Source: Acidobacteriota bacterium (GTDB taxonomy: Bacteria; Acidobacteriota; UBA6911; RPQK01; JBHHYX01). From it: a DNA stretch of 41,485 bases. Location of the stretch: the NCBI GenBank assembly GCA_046757765.1, contig JBHHYX010000003.1:1-41485 (forward strand), given 5' to 3'. This document shows, piece after piece, positions 38,601 through 41,485 of the stretch. Both the position numbers and the translations under genes were made by a program. The stretch's first letter is position 1, and every line of letters starts with the position of its first letter. The notes beneath the pieces were generated by a model that had not been told where the DNA came from, made no database searches, and was given only the letters and a program-made list of their open reading frames with translations.

Positions 38601-39061
38601 GCAGCGGTCTGCCCTTTTCAGCCACCAACCGGGACTGCGGCATTTTGCGCGACACCGGGCCCTGTCGTCCCGACCGGGTCGGAGATCCCGGCATCGATGG
38701 CAACAGGAACCTCTGGTTTGCGGTGGGTGCCGGCCCCAATGCTCCCTGGCAAATCCCCCAACCGGGCACCTTTGGCACGGAGGAGCGCAACGATCTGCGC
38801 GGACCCGGCTTTTTCAACACCGACTTTTCCATCTTCAAGAACGTCAAGATGCCCTGGTTCAGTGGAGAAGAGGCCACCTGGCAGTTCCGTGCCGAGTTCT
38901 TCAACCTCTTTAACCACGTCAACCTGGGCCGACCCGGCGGGGGACGCTTCAACGGCGGCGCTTGCGTGAACTGCAACCCGGCCGAGGATGGCCGCATCAC
39001 GGGACTACCCCAGGGCGCTTCGGTGCGGCAGATCCAACTGGCGCTTCGCTTCCAGTTCTAG
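35609..39061 (+). CDS. TonB-dependent outer-membrane receptor, Oar-like, with N-terminal carboxypeptidase-regulatory-like domain
   Basis: Signal peptide, GTIIGTVSDETGGVLPGAEVT, YDAEFG..GVV..TKSGTNTFHGSAF, QFGGSIGGPI, YGQDTWKV, APRLG, C-terminal RQIQLALRFQF; RBS AGGAGG before ATG 35609. Confidence 0.92.
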   Translation: MKGTLSKGLFLLLALVVAVSCPSYLGAQAVYGTIIGTVSDETGGVLPGAEVTITNVGQGTAWTLTTDSAGNFRKERLVPGSEYTVKVSLPGFKTYTQENVTVNTDAVVDLKITLPLGEITEQVTVTGATTALMKTEKTDVAVAFTERELEELPIFQRNFTQFLLLSPGTQSLAWQHASSENPQGSKQIMVNGQHFSGTGFQLDGTSNRDPILGIIVINPTLEGVTEAKVTTQNYDAEFGQATAGVVTAQTKSGTNTFHGSAFIFRRNDDLMARNPFSQSNPLSADEPNKFIPDTLWDQFGGSIGGPIVKDKAFFFFDYQGTRRKNGGSVLTTVPTLAARDGDLSEYIAATGRPIFDPLTGDATTGAGRQEFAGGVIPTNRLSPQALNLIRQLPLPNLPGIENNFSTGGIEAFDDDAFNVRGDWAYTDNLHIFGRYSFADFDRKGPGAFGEVLGGPAFDNIFFAGASSVRNQSVAAGFDHVLSPTLLTDFRFGFFRYFVQVLPGGVGTTPAADAGIPNLNSVPGLNQDPIFTSGMPFFDIQGTGGFRLGYSLGANQCNCPLTESEQQWQVVNNWIMSRGEHTYKFGADIRWAQNLRVPSDSHRAGELFFKPERTQGDVGGGLGIASFLVGDVSSFGRFVSETTDAKERQKRWFFYGQDTWKVNPKLTVNYGLRWEIYFPEKVTQDGSGGNFDPATGNIEVLGIGGISRDGNIKNRFTNIAPRLGVTYQLSPKTVLRMGYGRSYDLGVFGSTFGHAVTQNLPVLAQQNLNPAANFESVFNLADGPETPPFPSPDRTGLLKAPDGVALFVRPRKTRIPTLDAWNITLQHEMRGDMAWEVAYVGNKGTHVFAGDGPDYNFNQPIIDGFTDGISSNDRKPFFAGPIRGFGGPFGLSQGFRYFGNDASNNYNALQAKFDKRFSSGWTLLAHYTLARSYNYDGSYYIWSAPLAYGPANTDRKSVLVLNSLVELPFGRGKRFGSDVSRGLDALIGGWQVNFTTNWSSGLPFSATNRDCGILRDTGPCRPDRVGDPGIDGNRNLWFAVGAGPNAPWQIPQPGTFGTEERNDLRGPGFFNTDFSIFKNVKMPWFSGEEATWQFRAEFFNLFNHVNLGRPGGGRFNGGACVNCNPAEDGRITGLPQGASVRQIQLALRFQF

Positions 39062-39077
39062 GCGGCGGGCCGCTATA

Positions 39078-40100
39078 ATGCTTGTCTTACGAATGGCTCG
39101 TTTGACAAGCGTCCTGTTGACAACTTTTCTGGCATGCCGGCTGCTGGGAGCACCCGGCATACAGGATTCCGCTCCTTCCCCTTCCCTCCAGCAGCAACTG
39201 GGGCAAATCGATGCCCTGGTGCAACAGAACCAGCTGGAGGAGTCGCTTAACCGTCTGCAGACGCTGCGCCGGCAACATCCCAACAATGCGGCCATCCTGG
39301 CCCGCTTGGGCACCATCTATTTTCAGAAGCAGGACTACTTCAAAGCTTTGGCTCCCCTGCGCGACGTCCTCCGGCTGGAACCCGATCACAAGCAAGCGAC
39401 CCAATACCTGGGAAGCAGTCTCTACTCTCTGGGCAAGCTGCAAGAGGCCACCCCCTACCTGGAGAAGGCGCTGGCCTGGTTTCCAGACAACGTCAACTTC
39501 CTCAACATCCTGGGTCTCTGTTACGTGCAGACGGGAGAGCCGGACAAGGCTCGTCTCATCTTCAGCCGCATCTTCGACATTCCAGCCGACTCGCCTCAGG
39601 CGCACTTTGTCGCCGGCGTGATGCTCCGCCAGCAGGACATCTGGGGGCATGCGGAGAAAGAGCTCCGACGCTCGCTGCAGCTGAACCCGGACATGCCGAT
39701 GGCCCATCTTTACCTGGGTGAAATCCTCTTCTCCCAGCGACGAATGAAAGAAGCTCTGGCCGAGTTTCAAGAGGAAATCACCCGTAACCCGGGGATGTGG
39801 ATGGCCTACTATCGGAGTGGCGAGGTGCTCTTCGAAACGGGTCAGAGCGACGAGGCCATTCCTTACCTGCAACGGGCGGTCTGGCTGAACAAGTTCTTCG
39901 CAGGTCCCTACCTTCTCATGGGGCGGATCCATCTCAGGGCGCGACGGTTCGACCTGGCCCTGGACAACCTCCAACGGGCCGCGGCACTGGACTACACCAA
40001 CGCGAATGCCCATTACCTGTTGGGTCGGGCCCTCTCCCGGGCCGGCAGGAAGGACGAGGCTGAAAAGGAGTTCTCCCTTTCCAAACAGTTCCGCCGCTAG
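39078..40100 (+). CDS. Secreted tetratricopeptide-repeat protein
   Basis: Signal-like N-terminus and tandem TPRs (LARLGTIY, YLGSSLYSLGK, AHLYLGEIL, AHYLLGRAL); start at 39078 or 39093. Confidence 0.85.
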   Translation: MLVLRMARLTSVLLTTFLACRLLGAPGIQDSAPSPSLQQQLGQIDALVQQNQLEESLNRLQTLRRQHPNNAAILARLGTIYFQKQDYFKALAPLRDVLRLEPDHKQATQYLGSSLYSLGKLQEATPYLEKALAWFPDNVNFLNILGLCYVQTGEPDKARLIFSRIFDIPADSPQAHFVAGVMLRQQDIWGHAEKELRRSLQLNPDMPMAHLYLGEILFSQRRMKEALAEFQEEITRNPGMWMAYYRSGEVLFETGQSDEAIPYLQRAVWLNKFFAGPYLLMGRIHLRARRFDLALDNLQRAAALDYTNANAHYLLGRALSRAGRKDEAEKEFSLSKQFRR

Positions 40101-40199
40101 CCGGGAGTTGATTCCTGCCAGCAGAACCAGCCTTCAAATGCCCCCGGGGACGGGCCGCAAGGGCCGGAGAGCAGTGGGTTTGACTTGACGGTTTTGGAT

Positions 40200-40538
40200 T
40201 CATCCTCGCGGCGCAGGGAGGCCAGAGTGCACCCGATGCCGCTGCATGGCGGCTTTCTGGTGGGTCAGGATGCGAAGGTCGCCTCGGGGTTGAGCCGTGC
40301 ACAGGAGGATGAAGCGCGCCTTTCGATCGGCGCCAAAGTAACGCAGCGCCTGGGACTGGTCGAATTCGCCTTGCAAGACCTTTCCAGCGCAGCTCAGACA
40401 CCAGCCCTGCAGACAGGTGTGCGGCAGCTCGAACCCCGCTCGAGCCGCCGCATCCCATATCGTCTCGTTTGCCGCGACCTGAATTCGCACAACCTTCTCG
40501 TCCGGCGTAATCAGTTCGACGGCATACCGTGTGTCCAC
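40200..40538 (-). CDS. 2Fe-2S ferredoxin (plant-type fold)
   Basis: C-x4-C-x2-C (CLQGWCLSC) plus distal LLC; ETIWDAA..G..LP; GTG start 14 bp after the DPSL stop. Confidence 0.88.
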   Translation of the reverse strand: MDTRYAVELITPDEKVVRIQVAANETIWDAAARAGFELPHTCLQGWCLSCAGKVLQGEFDQSQALRYFGADRKARFILLCTAQPRGDLRILTHQKAAMQRHRVHSGLPAPRG

Positions 40539-40552
40539 AATTCTCGGGGCAA

Positions 40553-41179
40553 TCAGGGATTGTAGAATCCGGCGTTTTTGCTGTAGGGCGCCTCTCCCGG
40601 CGCTCCTCGCCGAAAGTGGCCGGAAGGCCTGGAGACATTGTCCCGCTCCATGCTCAGGAGCTCAATAAACCAGGCTTCATGCTCGATCTCCTCCTGCAGG
40701 ATTCGTGAGGCCATGTCATAGGTGCGTGGGTCTTTTCCCAAGGTCAGGTCGCAAACCTCATTCCAGGTGCGAACCGCACACCGTTCCGCTTCCAGCAGGA
40801 CCGTCAAGATCTCCACTGGGGTGGGATCATCGGGCAGGTAGGCATCCGGGCAGCCGGCCCGGTCCGCAAAGTCGCGAATGTCACGCGGGATCTGTCCACC
40901 CAGTTCATAGATTCGCGGTGTAATCAACTCGAAGTGGGAGCGATCCTCCAAGCGGGCATCTTCACAAATCTCCTTGTAGTCCTCCTTGCCGGCCAGATGC
41001 ATTCGCAGGATGGTGTAATAGTAGTAGGTTGTGAACTCGGCGCCGGCTGCGTCGATCAGCTTTTCCACCAGCTCTTCGACATTAACGCCACGCGATCGGA
41101 TCTGCTCTACGCCCACGCGCTGTGTGAGGTCCCCTCGTGGCACCTTTCCAGTGGCGTGCGGCTTCTGTCCGTCTGTCAT
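40553..41179 (-). CDS. dpsL: DPS-like (DPSL/thioferritin) ferritin-superfamily protein
   Basis: [33 protein letters not shown], the two thioferritin cysteines ([14 protein letters not shown]), EEIEHEAWF and SGHFRR; AAGGAGG RBS. Confidence 0.88.
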   Translation of the reverse strand: MTDGQKPHATGKVPRGDLTQRVGVEQIRSRGVNVEELVEKLIDAAGAEFTTYYYYTILRMHLAGKEDYKEICEDARLEDRSHFELITPRIYELGGQIPRDIRDFADRAGCPDAYLPDDPTPVEILTVLLEAERCAVRTWNEVCDLTLGKDPRTYDMASRILQEEIEHEAWFIELLSMERDNVSRPSGHFRRGAPGEAPYSKNAGFYNP

Positions 41180-41485
41180 TTCTTACCTCCTTTTCGAAAA
41201 TCGTTATGGATACTTCCAAAGCGCATTATTCACAAACCGGACGGCGGCGGCAACTACTCCGTTTGAAAAGATGCGAGCCCGCCGTCTTCATCCGCGCGAA
41301 CCTTTTCCGAGCGGCTCAGACGCGCCTCCTCGACTACCGTCCACCCGGTCTGCCCCGGCTTTTCAATGCTGGCAAGCTAACGCTGCCAGACCGGCGCTGC
41401 AGTTGGCGGCTCACGGAAATCAGCTGCTTACAACTGAACCGAAGCGTCAGCGCCCGGCCCAATCCGGATGGCCACTCACTGACGT

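Noticed and set aside
41200-41485. Possible ncRNA or element upstream of dpsL
   Set aside because: Only short degenerate matches to the MITE end and core plus small hairpins; not enough to call.
1-41485. CRISPR array
   Set aside because: Repeats are dispersed or palindromic, not regularly spaced repeat-spacer units; no cas genes.

Overview
GC-rich bacterial chromosome segment, most likely Acidobacteriota (inferred from a GWxTD protein, an Oar-type TonB-dependent receptor and TPR proteins). From left to right it holds a decayed IS256 remnant, glgB, a TMTC-like membrane glycosyltransferase/TPR gene, a MOT1-type molybdate transporter, comEA and the housekeeping block tig-clpP-clpX-lon-engB-rho. 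Next come an SDR divergent from an ATP-grasp ligase plus M29 aminopeptidase pair. The main accessory feature is a ~13 kb co-oriented cluster on the minus strand (19915-33059): four divergent cobalamin-dependent-type radical SAM genes, two SAM methyltransferases, a class V PLP enzyme, a GT9 glycosyltransferase and a GT87-like membrane glycosyltransferase fused to a TolB-like propeller. The right end has a GWxTD protein, a TonB-dependent receptor behind a sigma54-type promoter, a TPR protein and a DPSL (thioferritin) plus 2Fe-2S ferredoxin pair. Intergenic DNA carries several MITE/REP-like families, some nested and some overlapping stop codons. No rRNA, tRNA or CRISPR array was seen. All assignments come from motif recognition by eye; no database search was run.
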